The notes below the pieces were generated by a model that was given only the letters and a program-made list of their open reading frames with translations, had not been told where the DNA came from and ran no database searches. From contig CM120646.1 in assembly GCA_051362555.1 (NCBI GenBank), forward strand, positions 19,096,001-19,160,000: 64,000 nt of DNA, given 5' to 3'. Shown here one piece after another: positions 43,201 to 53,276 of the stretch. How positions within the stretch are numbered: position 1 is the first letter of the stretch; the number at the start of each line of letters is the position of its first letter. Position numbers and translations under genes: made by a program. This stretch comes from Lingula anatina (Eukaryota; Animalia; Brachiopoda).

Positions 43201-46200
43201 TGTGTGTCTTATGTTCATTGCTCCTCTGGTAAATGTGGACTGTGTGTTTGCTGAAGTGTTCCATATATTTATAAAACAACAATTGTTCTGTCAGATAAAT
43301 GTTCCTCCTCATGAGAATTCCCAAGGTGCAATGATTATTTCAGGTTGATATACAATATTTTTAAAGTGTTGAAACATATCTCAGGAGTCAGTTATTCAGA
43401 ATGAGTTTGCATTAGTTTCTGAAAATCATATTGCTTTGTGAACACATACCTCATGGTGAGCTGTAACTTTTTCTACATCTCCATGATGTATGCCAATCAG
43501 ATGAGCAGTACTATCTATATGTTTACCTATGCCTACAGTGCTCAGAGCCAATCAAGTATTTCTTCATGATATATAATAACAGTTTCAGTATCTCCAGGAC
43601 TTGGAGCCAATCAGATCTTGAATACCATCATGATCTCTGCCTTTTTTTATCTCCAGGGCTCAGAGCCAATCAACATCAGCCTTGCAAGGTACAGTGTGGA
43701 GCACCAGAAGCTTGACTTCATCCACTATGTCACCTACCTGTACATACACAATGTCACAGAGAAGGACTACGGCAGGTACAAGTGTGTGGCCAGGAATGAT
43801 CTTGGCTCAGACTCCTTCCTGGTCAGATTTGACAAAACAAGTAAGTTTCTTATTATACTTGCAATTCAATATAAGTGAATAGAATTAGAAAAATACTTAC
43901 AGAACTCTAACTACTATATTGACTGATAATACATTATTTTGGTAAAAATGTTAAAGAGAAAGATAATTTCCACCATAGACAAGCCATAGCTGTGTCAGAT
44001 TATTAATCTTAAAAAAACAAAGAAGGACTGAAATTTTTTATGATATTTTGCATGGAATGATTAATACAAGGTCAACCAGGGTGAGCCACCTATCTTATTT
44101 ACCTAGTTCAAGAGAATCTCATTCCAAAGTGATGTTTTGATTAATATTATAGTATTAGCTACGGAACGACACATAAGGGTGTCAATGTGATATTTCAGGC
44201 AAGCCAGACCCTCCATCAAAGATCCAGATGGTGAACTCCACCCATGACTCTGTCACCATCCAGTGGGTCCCAGGCTTTGACGGGGGTCTGCCCCTCACAT
44301 ACAATGTACGCTACAAGGTGGACTCCAAGGATATCAGGGGACATTTGTACGCAGACACTGATAAAACCGTGTATACTGTCACAGGTAATTTGTTAAAAGC
44401 TCCACAACAGAGCTGTGTATACTATGGTAGGTAATGGACAAAACAGTATGAACTGTCACGTTACTTTTAGATACTGTGACAAAATGTTTACTGTCACATG
44501 AAAATAGCATACACCAGGACCTTCAGTAAAGTAACATAAAAAGATTTCCATTTTACTAGTAACCAAAGACATGTTTAATCTGAAAAAAAAAAAGATATAA
44601 CAGACAATAAAGACCAGTAATTACCCTCAGTGTCTGTCATTTAGGTCTGAAGTTGAACACGGCGTATGAGTTCACAGTGAGAGCCATCAACAGAGAAGGC
44701 AGCAGTGACTATTCTCCAGGCATCATAGTAAAAACATCAAGTAAGTGGTGCAGCATGTGTTACATACTGTGTCATTTTCTGTGAAAAAGTTGTCTTTACC
44801 GTAAGTAATTTAATTCAACAAGCTCTTCAGAGAAAAATACTTATTAGGCTTGTTAATTTATACACAGCATTTACTTAATATATAATTTAAAAAGTAATGT
44901 ACTTTGTGTAACTAATTTAAAGTAAGATTGTATTTGTATTCACACATAGTTTGTTTTGAATTCATTGGCCAGATATCTGCTTAGGGTAAGGGATGAAGTT
45001 TTTATTGTTAATTGAGGTTTTCTCCCTGTATCTAGGCACCATGCCGACTGGTCCGTCTGCGCTGGGGACAGCTGACGAGGTCCCTCTGATCATCATCCTC
45101 AGTGTGTGTATTGTTGGCGTTGTCCTCCTGGCCTGTAATGTCCTGCTCATCATCTTCTTCGTCCGCAGGAGGCGGAGAAAGATGGAGAAGGGTAAGTAGT
45201 CCGTTATCAGGATGACGGCAAGATTTGGGCAGGTTTTTGAGTGTCTTTGATCTTTCTGAATGTGACGCTTTTTTGAACACTTGAAAGAAATCTGATGAAT
45301 CATCTCTGACTGAATATTAGATTATGAAAGTAAGTGTCTGTTTGCTGGATTGACAAATCATGTATATGATGTTTTTATTTGTTTTCTGCTTCAAAAAGAG
45401 ATGGAATACTCTTAAATTAATGTTCATCTACAAAGAACCAAAACCTGTCCTCTTCTTGCATGTTATCTTGACCCTCTCAGTAGAATGAAGCAACCTGGTA
45501 CAGTCTGTATGCCTTTTGTTAGTGGTGTAGTCTAAGAGAAAAGTAATTGTTACAATAACCAAATAAACTACAAGTTATTGTTGAAAAACTTTGAGAGCAT
45601 GTTTGATTATATAGGGACAGTATAGTGGAAATAAAAGTGTAGATTTCAATCTTATACATTTCTCCAATATATCTTTTTTCATGTTGACTTATGATGTATT
45701 TTATAGTTCTATCATGAAATTAAAATGGAAGATTATATTTCTGTACTTCTTATTTTAACGTAACAAGGGTATGTTCAGTAGCATTTTTAAGATGGCCTTA
45801 GCAATAACAAGACCATTATAACACAGTAATGGATGCTGACTGAAGATTGGTATTATCATGGCTTATGACAAAACACAAATATGGAAGTTTTTTCTTCCAA
45901 ATATAAACAACCTTTTTCACTGGAAATGGAGTTTCTAATGTTTTTGCTGACATTTCTGTGTTGACTGATTTCTGATAACTACTAAAATGAATGCAGTCTG
46001 CATGGGTACTAATGGTGTTTTGCACTACTAGATTTGTAACTTTCTTAACAGTAACATTAGTAGGTGAAATGTAGCCAATGTTGTTTGTGTGGACAAAATA
46101 AACAATTCTAAAGAACCTTGACAATCTTTTTACTAAGAGGATTTTGAACCTCATTTAACAGAATTTTTTCTAACTTTTCTCTGCATTTGCCCAACGACTT

Positions 46201-46671
46201 AGTTGGCTAAATTGAAATATATATAGACTTGTAAGAAATGAAACAAAATCTAAGTACTTGATGTTTTGGTATTTTAAAAAAGAAGTCATGATGACAGATG
46301 ATTTACAAGGTTTCTTTGCAATTAAAACAGAAGCAAACCCTTCTTGTCAATTGAAGAATGTGGTGCTGGGAACCAGACCACTCCACCTGAGAGGTTTCTG
46401 TAGATTGGAGAGCCATTTGATTTATTGAATGAGCCACCCCATTGCCAGCCTCACTGCATGTGTAATTGCACTAGTATTTTCCCTTTGCTAGCCCCAGCAC
46501 ACAAGGGTCCTGTCATTGCCAACCCCATGGTGCATAAAGCCAAGGAAAAAGATAAAGAACTGCTTGAGATGGGAGTTAGGGTTGTCTTGCATGACAAGCC
46601 CCCTATAACAGGTGCATGACATATTGTATTGTGTATTTTATGTTGTTCACAGGAACTGCTATATATGCATG

Positions 46672-46720
<49 letters not shown>

Positions 46721-49234
46721 TTATTTGACTAGATACATTAATTATATGTAGGATTGTAATTTGCTGGTTGTAGTTAGGAGATTACTGATTATTATTTTTT
46801 TCTGCAATATATTTATGTTTTTGTTTGATTTTTCTTTTGGATTGAAATGTATTAGTGTACTGGTCATTCTTTTTAATTGACTTGAAAATTTATCTTTTCC
46901 TTATATCATTATTTCTCTTTGCCTCAGCTTATGTAGAAAACATAGTATTGCTCACCTTCCCACTTGCTGAATCAAAAGTGGTTTGCATTACATGGGTAGA
47001 AAGCTATTTTTGTTAACTTTCTGTTTATGAATTTTGTGTGTTAGTTGCATGTGTGGCATCATTAAACCATTGCACACCTGATTTCATTGACACACTGTCC
47101 AATTAAGAGTTTTCCTCCAGAGAGGCATAATATGCATACAAGCTGTCTAATTCTTATATTGTTTTGTCTCTGGTATTAAGCTGCAAGAGACAAGCAGCCC
47201 ATCATTACATAAAAAAGAAGGGAATATACCTGTTGAAAATAGTAAAAAGCTTCCCATTCAAGGACTGCTTTATTTTTGCTTACTTAAGTCTTTATTAGGA
47301 GTATACAATTTGTTTTTATCTTTTATTCAGAGGTAAATAGTAGAAAGTGGAGGAATTACTTCAGAAATCATTTTCAAAAAAAAAAAGTTTGTCATATGCA
47401 ACAATGAATGCATTTACTTAGAATATGTATTTAATGCATGAAATTGAAAATTCAAAATGCTATGAATGTGCAAGCAACAATAACCCATATGTTGATAGTA
47501 TGCTCCCATCAGGCTATTCTTCTAGTCCTAGCAGCCAGTTATTCCATTTCAATCCTATGAAGGCAAAAAGATAGAAGATCTAAGCAACAAAGTAGTCATC
47601 TAATGACTGATTTGAACAATTGTCTTCCCTCGTTTCAGATGGTAGTGAAAGTGCCAGCCAGGCCAATACCATAGAGATGTATGCCCCTTCAGACCGCCCC
47701 CTCTACCAGAACTTCCAGAAGGACAACTACAGCCAGGGGAGCCTGGACAAAAGCATGGAAGACTTTGCCACTGACAGCTATAGGAGCTTTGATGTGAGGA
47801 ATTGTTGGGATTTTTTTTCCATTTAAAATGCTATTTTGGCTTCTGAATCTTCATGATTAATGTACATTTGATTCAGTTTGTGTTTGTAAGATAAACGTAT
47901 GATAGTTTTGTATTATATTTACCTTTTCCTTACTAACAAACATATGTTCTTATTGTCAAAATGTTTTGGTAACATTAAAAATGATGTTGTTCATTTATGT
48001 CTGTCAACATATGTCACTGTGAAAAATTATACAGCATGTTATATATGTTGGCTGGGACTTGTGCCGTAAATGTCACAGATTTTTGCTTTTGGCCAAGCTT
48101 GTTACAGTGACAATGGTGCTTTCTTGTATATAAACAGTCCATAAGTTTTTTTTTTCCTTGCAACTTTTTATCCATCCATATAACTTGATATATGCATTGT
48201 ATTTAATGCTCTGGCCATTTCCATTCATGTCACGTCAACCTGTATAATGTGAACTATATTTGTATTTTACGTCCATCGCCTCACTGCTCATTCCTAGTCC
48301 TTGTAAAGGCTCCAGTGACTGCACCTCAAATCCACCCCCAACCCCACAGTAATTTGATATTATTCCATCAAGTTTATTTACACCCTACTCCAGTGCTTCA
48401 ACCTCATGCCCCCAGTAATTTTATATTATTATATTAGCTTCAACCCTCTGGTAGCTTATACTAACCAGCATGCTCGGTTCTCCTGCAGGACGATGACGAC
48501 ATAAAACGTGTCTTCATCCCTCCACAGCCACCTGTCTATTCCGGTCGCTCCCTGGACCGCGACACCCGCTACGCCCCGCTGCGACAGACGCACTCCCCCG
48601 CCATGGACAAGCAGAGAAACTACACCCTACCAGCTGGACACAGTGGACATGGCGGTCAACACATGTATCTAGACGACTACCCCAGGACTGATGAAGGTAC
48701 ACACAGATTTAGGATAGCTTTGTCCATTAAGAAGTAGAGATTTTTAAAAAATGCCAATTGATTGAACAGTATCTCACATATGTAGGGTAGATGTAGTTTC
48801 AGCGTCACCCCTGTAAAGACATAAAAAGGCCTTCTTTGTATGAAATATGAAGAAAAGCTTGCAACGGATACTATATGTTTTCATTGGCATTTTGTACCAA
48901 ATTCAAGCAACAACTCATTATCTTCCGTTATTCTTCCCTTCTTCAGTTCCCTATCATGGCGGATCATTGCCCAGGCTGCGTCCCCAGGAAGACGAGTATG
49001 CCCACCAGTTGAGGAAGAACCAAATGCAGAAAGGTTTAAACAGCATAGGCGAACAGGGCCAAGGCAGGAACAGGGAGGGCTTGGTAAGAAAGGAAGAATT
49101 TGTTTTCTGATATTGGTGAAAATGACTGAATAAATGTGTTATCAACATATTGAAATGTTCAAAAGAAAAATATATGAGAAGTGAATAGATGAATTTGTAA
49201 CAACAATCTCTCTCTCTCTCTCTGTCTCTCTTTC

Positions 49235-49277
<43 letters not shown>

Positions 49278-50274
49278 CACAGAGCAATGTTGAACAAATG
49301 AAAAATTGATATTATCGCCTTTTGGAAGGATGTTTATGTGATATGAATAACTACTTGATCATGGAAAATGTGACATTTTTGTGTCCTTTTGTTCATAGAT
49401 AGGACCATATGAGTCTGACGATGATGAAGGAGGATTTGGTATGTGGTCCACAACATCAAGAATATTAATACAAAGCATGTGTTTTTTCAGGCATGTTCAA
49501 TATATACTTTATTTCATCTTGGAAGAGAGGTCCATTATTCCATGACCTAGGGAAAAACTTACCTGACACCAATTTTTTCTTTTTTTTAGATTTTTCTATA
49601 CCCATTTACAATTTTCTAATTTCTTATTCCATTTATGTTAACCAATATTGATTTGAATTTATGAAATAGCCCTTCTTTGTTTCTAGCCCACCCCCAATGG
49701 CAAGGCTCCACCCCCACCCCCTACAAGGTCCTCCAGCCATGGACGCGCCCATATACCACCCCTGAACCACCCCCCTCTGCCAGCACGCAACTATGACCTG
49801 AATGAAATGCCACGGTACACCCCACCTCCAGGTAACTGCCATCTGGTGTGACATATGAATACTATACAGTCTTAACTTATTTAAGGAGGTTTGATTAGAA
49901 TATTTTCATGGTGGTTTACAGCATTTTAATTTTTGAATTGGAAGACCTTATCCTTATAAATACCATAGTTTTGTTATTCTGTTTTATGTTTTAATATCAT
50001 TTTCCCCATAGCAAAAGTTGTCAGCAGTTGCATATTAATCAAGGGATTCTTACACTTACACCTTAACATAATAGTTATTCATTAGGAGTAAAATTTCTCT
50101 TTTTATCTGCATATTTCATACATATACTTAATGGTTTATTTTTGAAGTGTTTCCAAACAGTTCTTTTCCTTTGCTAATTCAGGAAACACTGATCTGCGCC
50201 CCCCATCAAGAAGAAGCCAAAAGCCAGAGCCTGCTGAGCCTCTTCCTGTAGAAATGAGAGGACATCTTGTATGA
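15495..50274 (+). CDS. NPHS1: Nephrin / Sticks-and-stones / SYG-2-like Ig-superfamily adhesion receptor, full gene span (23 core exons, about 1315 aa)
   Basis: All junctions are GT-AG and phase-compatible, giving 3948 nt of CDS: 15495-15558, 36072-36212, 36547-36726, 37246-37434, 37706-37846, 38094-38384, 38670-38969, 39360-39485, 39894-40058, 40435-40737, 41172-41468, 41843-42004, 42267-42383, 42740-42852, 43657-43840, 44199-44384, 44645-44740, 45036-45191, 47639-47793, 48489-48696, 48947-49083, 49687-49831, 50183-50274. The QWAKDGFALG Ig1 motif, 9 Ig + FN3 + TM architecture and LPVEMRGHLV C-terminus match vertebrate nephrin (..LRGHLV). Confidence 0.92.
16951..16985. repeat. (CT)n microsatellite
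   Basis: Direct observation. Confidence 0.95.
18093..18355. mobile_element. Old MITE with CWG target-site duplication (Harbinger-like)
   Basis: Flanked by CAG/CAG. The left end aagcctgt..aaaagaactt and right end tttgtgaaa..ccc are shared with the copy at 30675. Confidence 0.45.
26389..26449. repeat. 29-bp tandem duplication
   Basis: agtacagg(a/g)tcaagagtgataaggaaaaa occurs twice. Confidence 0.9.
30322..30352. repeat. (CT)n microsatellite
   Basis: Direct observation. Confidence 0.95.
30675..30904. mobile_element. Old MITE related to the 18093 element
   Basis: Starts aagcctgtttaagaaaagaactt and ends tttgtgaaacctggtcc, with CCG/CTG flanks. Confidence 0.4.
31492..31575. repeat. Long (CT)n microsatellite
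   Basis: About 42 CT units. Confidence 0.95.
32976..33048. repeat. Perfect 24-bp inverted repeat with nested direct repeat
   Basis: tgtaagtaatatacaagtaaatat (32976-32999) is the reverse complement of 33010-33033. acaagtaaatattattac is also repeated directly. Confidence 0.85.
34227..34513. repeat. Interleaved perfect inverted repeats A-B-A'-B' plus a diverged tandem copy
   Basis: A 34227-34262 is the reverse complement of 34337-34372 (36/36). B 34263-34333 is the reverse complement of 34377-34447 (71/71). 34448-34513 is a diverged direct copy of B'. Confidence 0.92.
36072..36212 (+). CDS. NPHS1: Nephrin exon 2 (Ig1, N-terminal half)
   Basis: tttag acceptor, QSFRVMPNDTSVIAGETAVLKCEV..QWAKDGFALG, gtaagt donor. 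Confidence 0.92.
36547..36726 (+). CDS. NPHS1: Nephrin exon 3 (Ig1, C-terminal half)
   Basis: FDRSIIGYPRYSMVG..DLSDDADFECQV. Not in the ORF track; canonical splice sites. Confidence 0.92.
37147..37240. repeat. (TAT)n microsatellite abutting the exon 4 acceptor
   Basis: About 31 units ending 5 nt before the exon start. Confidence 0.95.
37246..37434 (+). CDS. NPHS1: Nephrin exon 4 (Ig2, N-terminal half)
   Basis: PPDQPEIEG..NLTCNAMNGKPAPGLIWKRNG. Confidence 0.9.
37706..37846 (+). CDS. NPHS1: Nephrin exon 5 (Ig2, C-terminal half)
   Basis: SIITLNPVKEDNGALYSCQATHPAL..LSVL. Confidence 0.9.
38094..38384 (+). CDS. NPHS1: Nephrin exon 6 (Ig3)
   Basis: LSCKSEGGNPLARVVWYKN..DNNAEYKCEVSN. Confidence 0.93.
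38670..38969 (+). CDS. NPHS1: Nephrin exon 7 (Ig4)
   Basis: LSCVSSNSNPAAKITW..YECQATNEALG. Confidence 0.93.
39360..39485 (+). CDS. NPHS1: Nephrin exon 8 (Ig5, N-terminal half)
   Basis: YPPNNPVISGY..LSCSASGGNPRATITWWK. Confidence 0.9.
39894..40058 (+). CDS. NPHS1: Nephrin exon 9 (Ig5, C-terminal half)
   Basis: ASDNLAEYRCNATNEAT..LTVH. Confidence 0.9.
40435..40737 (+). CDS. NPHS1: Nephrin exon 10 (Ig6)
   Basis: LKCSSSSSNPASVVSW..AYGGKST..YECEARN. Confidence 0.93.
40806..41069. repeat. Diverged intronic tandem duplication, unit about 130-140 bp
   Basis: aaaaa(a/g)gaagttttaaa...aaaaagt(t/g)atgaataa...caaaactg(t/c)atcagaaa occurs twice. Confidence 0.7.
41172..41468 (+). CDS. NPHS1: Nephrin exon 11 (atypical Ig7 lacking the first Cys)
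   Basis: INFTAQANP..YTWYK..DMGNYSCQAQNSEG. Confidence 0.92.
41660..41727. mobile_element. 68-bp hairpin, possible miniature TIR element remnant
   Basis: cataggcgctggcgg matches the reverse complement of ccgccagctcctctg at 13/15. No TSD seen. Confidence 0.35.
41843..42004 (+). CDS. NPHS1: Nephrin exon 12 (Ig8, N-terminal half)
   Basis: AFLECQADANP..MIKWTRVDYDM. Confidence 0.9.
42267..42383 (+). CDS. NPHS1: Nephrin exon 13 (Ig8, C-terminal half)
   Basis: SRLTVYNVSKTDSGAFVCTAKNGIG. Confidence 0.9.
42740..42852 (+). CDS. NPHS1: Nephrin exon 14 (Ig9, N-terminal half)
   Basis: YPPEIEK..VVCKAEGAPPVSFTWFK. Confidence 0.9.
43657..43840 (+). CDS. NPHS1: Nephrin exon 15 (Ig9, C-terminal half)
   Basis: LYIHNVTEKDYGRYKCVARNDLG. 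Confidence 0.92.
44199..44384 (+). CDS. NPHS1: Nephrin exon 16 (FN3, N-terminal part)
   Basis: KPDPP..NSTHDSVTIQWVPGFDGG. Confidence 0.92.
44645..44740 (+). CDS. NPHS1: Nephrin exon 17 (FN3, C-terminal part)
   Basis: GLKLNTAYEFTVRAINREGSSDYS. Confidence 0.9.
45036..45191 (+). CDS. NPHS1: Nephrin exon 18 (transmembrane helix)
   Basis: LIIILSVCIVGVVLLACNVLLIIFFV followed by an RRRRRK stop-transfer sequence. Confidence 0.93.
46492..46611 (+). CDS. NPHS1: Candidate 120-nt cassette exon of nephrin (juxtamembrane cytoplasmic insert)
   Basis: ttttccctttgctag acceptor and weak cag|gtgcat donor. Phase 1-1, open in the required frame (APAHKGPVIANPMVHKAKEKDKELLEMGVRVVLHDKPPIT). Clustered TGCATG motifs nearby. 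Confidence 0.6.
47639..47793 (+). CDS. NPHS1: Nephrin cytoplasmic exon
   Basis: DGSESASQANTIEMYAPSDRPLYQNF..YRSFD; phase 1 to 0. Confidence 0.85.
48489..48696 (+). CDS. NPHS1: Nephrin cytoplasmic exon
   Basis: DDDDIKRVFIPPQPPVYSG..YLDDYPRTDE; GC-rich, preceded by a tactaac branch point. Confidence 0.85.
48947..49083 (+). CDS. NPHS1: Nephrin cytoplasmic exon
   Basis: VPYHGGSLPRLRPQEDEYAHQLRKNQ..REGL; phase 1 to 0. Confidence 0.82.
49207..49277. repeat. Compound (CT)n(CA)n microsatellite
   Basis: Direct observation. Confidence 0.9.
49399..49438 (+). CDS. NPHS1: Candidate small alternative nephrin exon with tandem acceptors (40 nt from 49399 or 36 nt from 49403)
   Basis: ttttgtgtccttttgttcatag|atag| acceptors, tg|gtatgt donor and a purine-rich body. 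Both versions are open in phase 0. Confidence 0.6.
49687..49831 (+). CDS. NPHS1: Nephrin penultimate exon (proline-rich)
   Basis: PTPNGKAPPPPPTRSSS..PPLPARNYDLNEMPRYTPPP; phase 0 to 1. Confidence 0.85.
50183..50274 (+). CDS. NPHS1: Nephrin last coding exon
   Basis: GNTDLRPPSRRSQKPEPAEPLPVEMRGHLV* with the stop at 50272-50274. Confidence 0.9.
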
Positions 50275-52546
50275 GGCACCTTGGGAAATGATATGTCCAA
50301 AGATTATAGCATAACTTGTAGTGGTGGAGGAAGTTGATAGTGGCAGTGGAGAAGATATTGACTTATGAATAATGAGAATATTTTTGTGTCATACTCATTG
50401 ACCTGTGGATAAGTGGAAGTGGAGATATTTTGCTAAAGACATGCTTTTGTTTTAAGTGAAAACTGAATTTATAGTATGTATGATCTCAACCCTGAAAAAA
50501 GGGAAATCCGAAGTCTCATTTGGTATAGTTGTTTACATATATTTCGTTTCATGTTTTGTTGAACCTAGTGTGTAAGTTGTTATTGGCAGGCTTGCTCATT
50601 TCATGGTTGAACCATGTGGGAACACGGCAACAAAGATGCCATTGTTACTGCAGTGTTATTTGTAATATATAACTACAGGGCTTCTCCAAGGTTGTCCACT
50701 AAGTCAAGTGTGGATATCGTCCCAAGTGTTTTGGGGAAGGGCGTATGGCTGGTGCTATCTGACTGAGGGAACTAGTTATGAGTGCTTGCTTTAGTTAAAG
50801 AAACTCACAAGTAAGAAAATATTATCTTTATATTGTTTTCTTATACTCAAAGGAGGGTAAAAATTATCACTTATTAAACTTGCTGATCAGTTATTTAGGA
50901 TCCCATAAAACAAACAAATTACTTTTTTGTAGCAATTTATGGGCATGAGTATCTTTGTAGGGCAGTATTTTCAAAGTGAACTTTCAAAGAGATTTGTCTC
51001 CTCATGGAGCATTTGAGAATTTCAGAAATTCAAATGGACAAGATGGTGTGTATCTCAAAAGAGTTTCACCAAGAATTGCTAAAAAATAAGTAAGAATTGT
51101 GCACAGATGAGCATTTACATACTGTGCCTCAATTATGCACTCTATCAATGAGATAAAAAAAAAAACTTTTATCTTGTTGTAATTATTGTTAAGTCTGTCA
51201 TTCTTCTCATTTTTACAACAGCATTTATTTGTACAGCTGTTTATTATTATTATTATTAGGATTCGCCCTCATCAGGGTATCCGTCCAACCCCACTGTACA
51301 GGTTTGGCAGGTCCTTCTCAAAAGATGGCAGCACTAGTAAACTGTTTTTATCTCAGCTTTTATTTTGCAAAAAAGGAAGTTTGGCATCCTGTTTTAAAAC
51401 TTTAATAAGAATTGCATTAAGGGTTACTCTGCAGGAAGATTTCTTACTGATTTGAAATTCAAAAAACAATTTGGACTTTCAGTAAAAAAAAAAAATGGAT
51501 GCTCCACTTGGTTTCAAGTTGCTGCAAATGTCCAGGCTAACTTGTTTTTAGCACATTTGTCATTGCTAGCCTTGTCATCTTTTGAACTGTCTGTGCATAA
51601 GTGGCGGTGAATTGTGCCAAATAAACATATGCAATTTGTACATAATATTTTAATTAGAATTTGTAGTATAGTTATCATTATACTCACTGTATATGGATGC
51701 ATGGTGAATTGTAATTTGCAAATAGAACCTTTTTTTGTGGCCGTCTTTGGTCCTTTGTTTTTTTGTTGTTTTTTTTTTTTTGTTTTTTTTTTTTTTTTTT
51801 TGTTTTTCTTAGCTCCTGGATTTGGGCTATATATCTATTAGAGAGCATGAAGATCACCTAATTTGGTGAATGCATGATATTATAAGCAGCACTTATTGTA
51901 TATGATGGCCTTTTACAAGTTTTGCTCATTCCAACAAGTTTGGATACAACAAGTGACACGTATGGGATTGTTTGTGCACTTTGTTGTTTGAAAATGGATG
52001 CACTTTCCAGGAAGGAGTCCAGGGACGGTTTCCTAAGATTTAAAGTACAGTCCATTGTTAGATGAAAGGAAAAGGTGTCAATATATTAACATGCATGTAT
52101 TAGATAGTTAACACCCTGACTGGGTTTACTATAAAACTGCTGTACTGCATACTGCACTTGTACTGTCTCAGTTATTAAAATATTTTTTTTACGATTGGCA
52201 TCAAGTCCAGTTTTTACCAAATGATCAGTTAGTATGTTGTAGTATGATATTCCATATATAGACTCTGCCTAACTTTACAACCAAACTGAAGTTAGGCAGT
52301 GTTCATACTAATTTCAGCAATTACCAAAGAAAAATCTGTTTCAGCAGATTTGTACAAGTAAAAAGGTAATTCAAGTTATAGGTCGAGTGATGCAATCTAC
52401 TTCAGTGAAGTTGTAAATATTGTTGAATGTGTAAATGCTTGTACAAACCCATTGTTGATATTTCGTCCAGTTTCCAGACCTCTACACATGTAGGAGGTGA
52501 AATGAAAATCGGTCAATTTGTTGTGATATCCTGATTGAAAGTCTAC

Positions 52547-52691
52547 TGTAACGTGACAGAGAGTCACTCATGATAGAGAGTCCGCATCCATTTATTTGTC
52601 CAATTAAGTCTTAGGTCAGGCTAACCCTAACCATCATAACTAAATGGAGGGCGGACTTTCTGTCACACGGACCCTCAGTTTCGTTACACCG
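52547..52691. mobile_element. Palindromic non-autonomous element with internal ctaaccctaacc, in the probable nephrin 3' UTR
   Basis: Nested inverted pairs tgtaacg/cgttaca, gtgacagagagtc/gactttctgtcac and agtccgcatccattta/taaatggagggcggact. Confidence 0.5.
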
Positions 52692-53276
52692 ACTGAATGT
52701 TACTAGGCATAGGTTCTTAAGTTGAGATTGTATGTTTGTTGCATGCAAAATCAGCTTAACTGTTAGATTACTGATATTACTGCTGTAAAACAGTATATTT
52801 TGCTCTCAAAAAGATTTTTGGACTTTAAGCAAGTTGCTACTGAACAAGTACTCATTGAATGCGAAAATTTTGGTAAAACATCGCCCAGTCTTCATAAAAA
52901 ATCTTATCTTAGATATGTATTGGTGCATTTAATTTCATGTTAATAAGTCAGGATAACGACATTTGTTTATTTTTATTGTGAGTTTTTAAATCTGAACAGA
53001 AGTTTACAAGTTGGTAAGCGTTACTCTGCTTACACGTATTAAGGGATGGCAAAGGGGTAATAAAAGAACCTTTAAGGATTATTATACAGGCTTCCCCTGT
53101 CAAAGTCTTAATTTTTTGTACTGTATATGCTCTGGAAATGTTAGTTTGCTGTTTAGTTATGTAAATGAGGATTTTTTACAATACTTTTTAAGTCGAAGTA
53201 GTCACAAGTATACATTTAAGTCATAAATATGTTATGCAATAATGGAGAGAAATGATGTATGCAATATATACATGTA

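Noticed and set aside
48249-48437. ORF or exon candidate between nephrin cytoplasmic exons
   Set aside because: The cctag acceptor gives an immediate stop in the required phase 0, and the region is a decayed repeat of about 68 bp.
49670-49686. Upstream acceptor that would restore frame after the 40-nt exon
   Set aside because: It introduces an in-frame TAG at 49684-49686 and lacks a pyrimidine tract.
35994-49854. Minus-strand and off-frame ORFs overlapping nephrin exons
   Set aside because: These are shadow frames of GC-richer coding exons. The exception is the alternate + frame in 49687-49796, reported as a finding.
52621-52632. ctaaccctaacc as telomere or interstitial telomeric array
   Set aside because: Only about two units, embedded in a palindromic mobile element.
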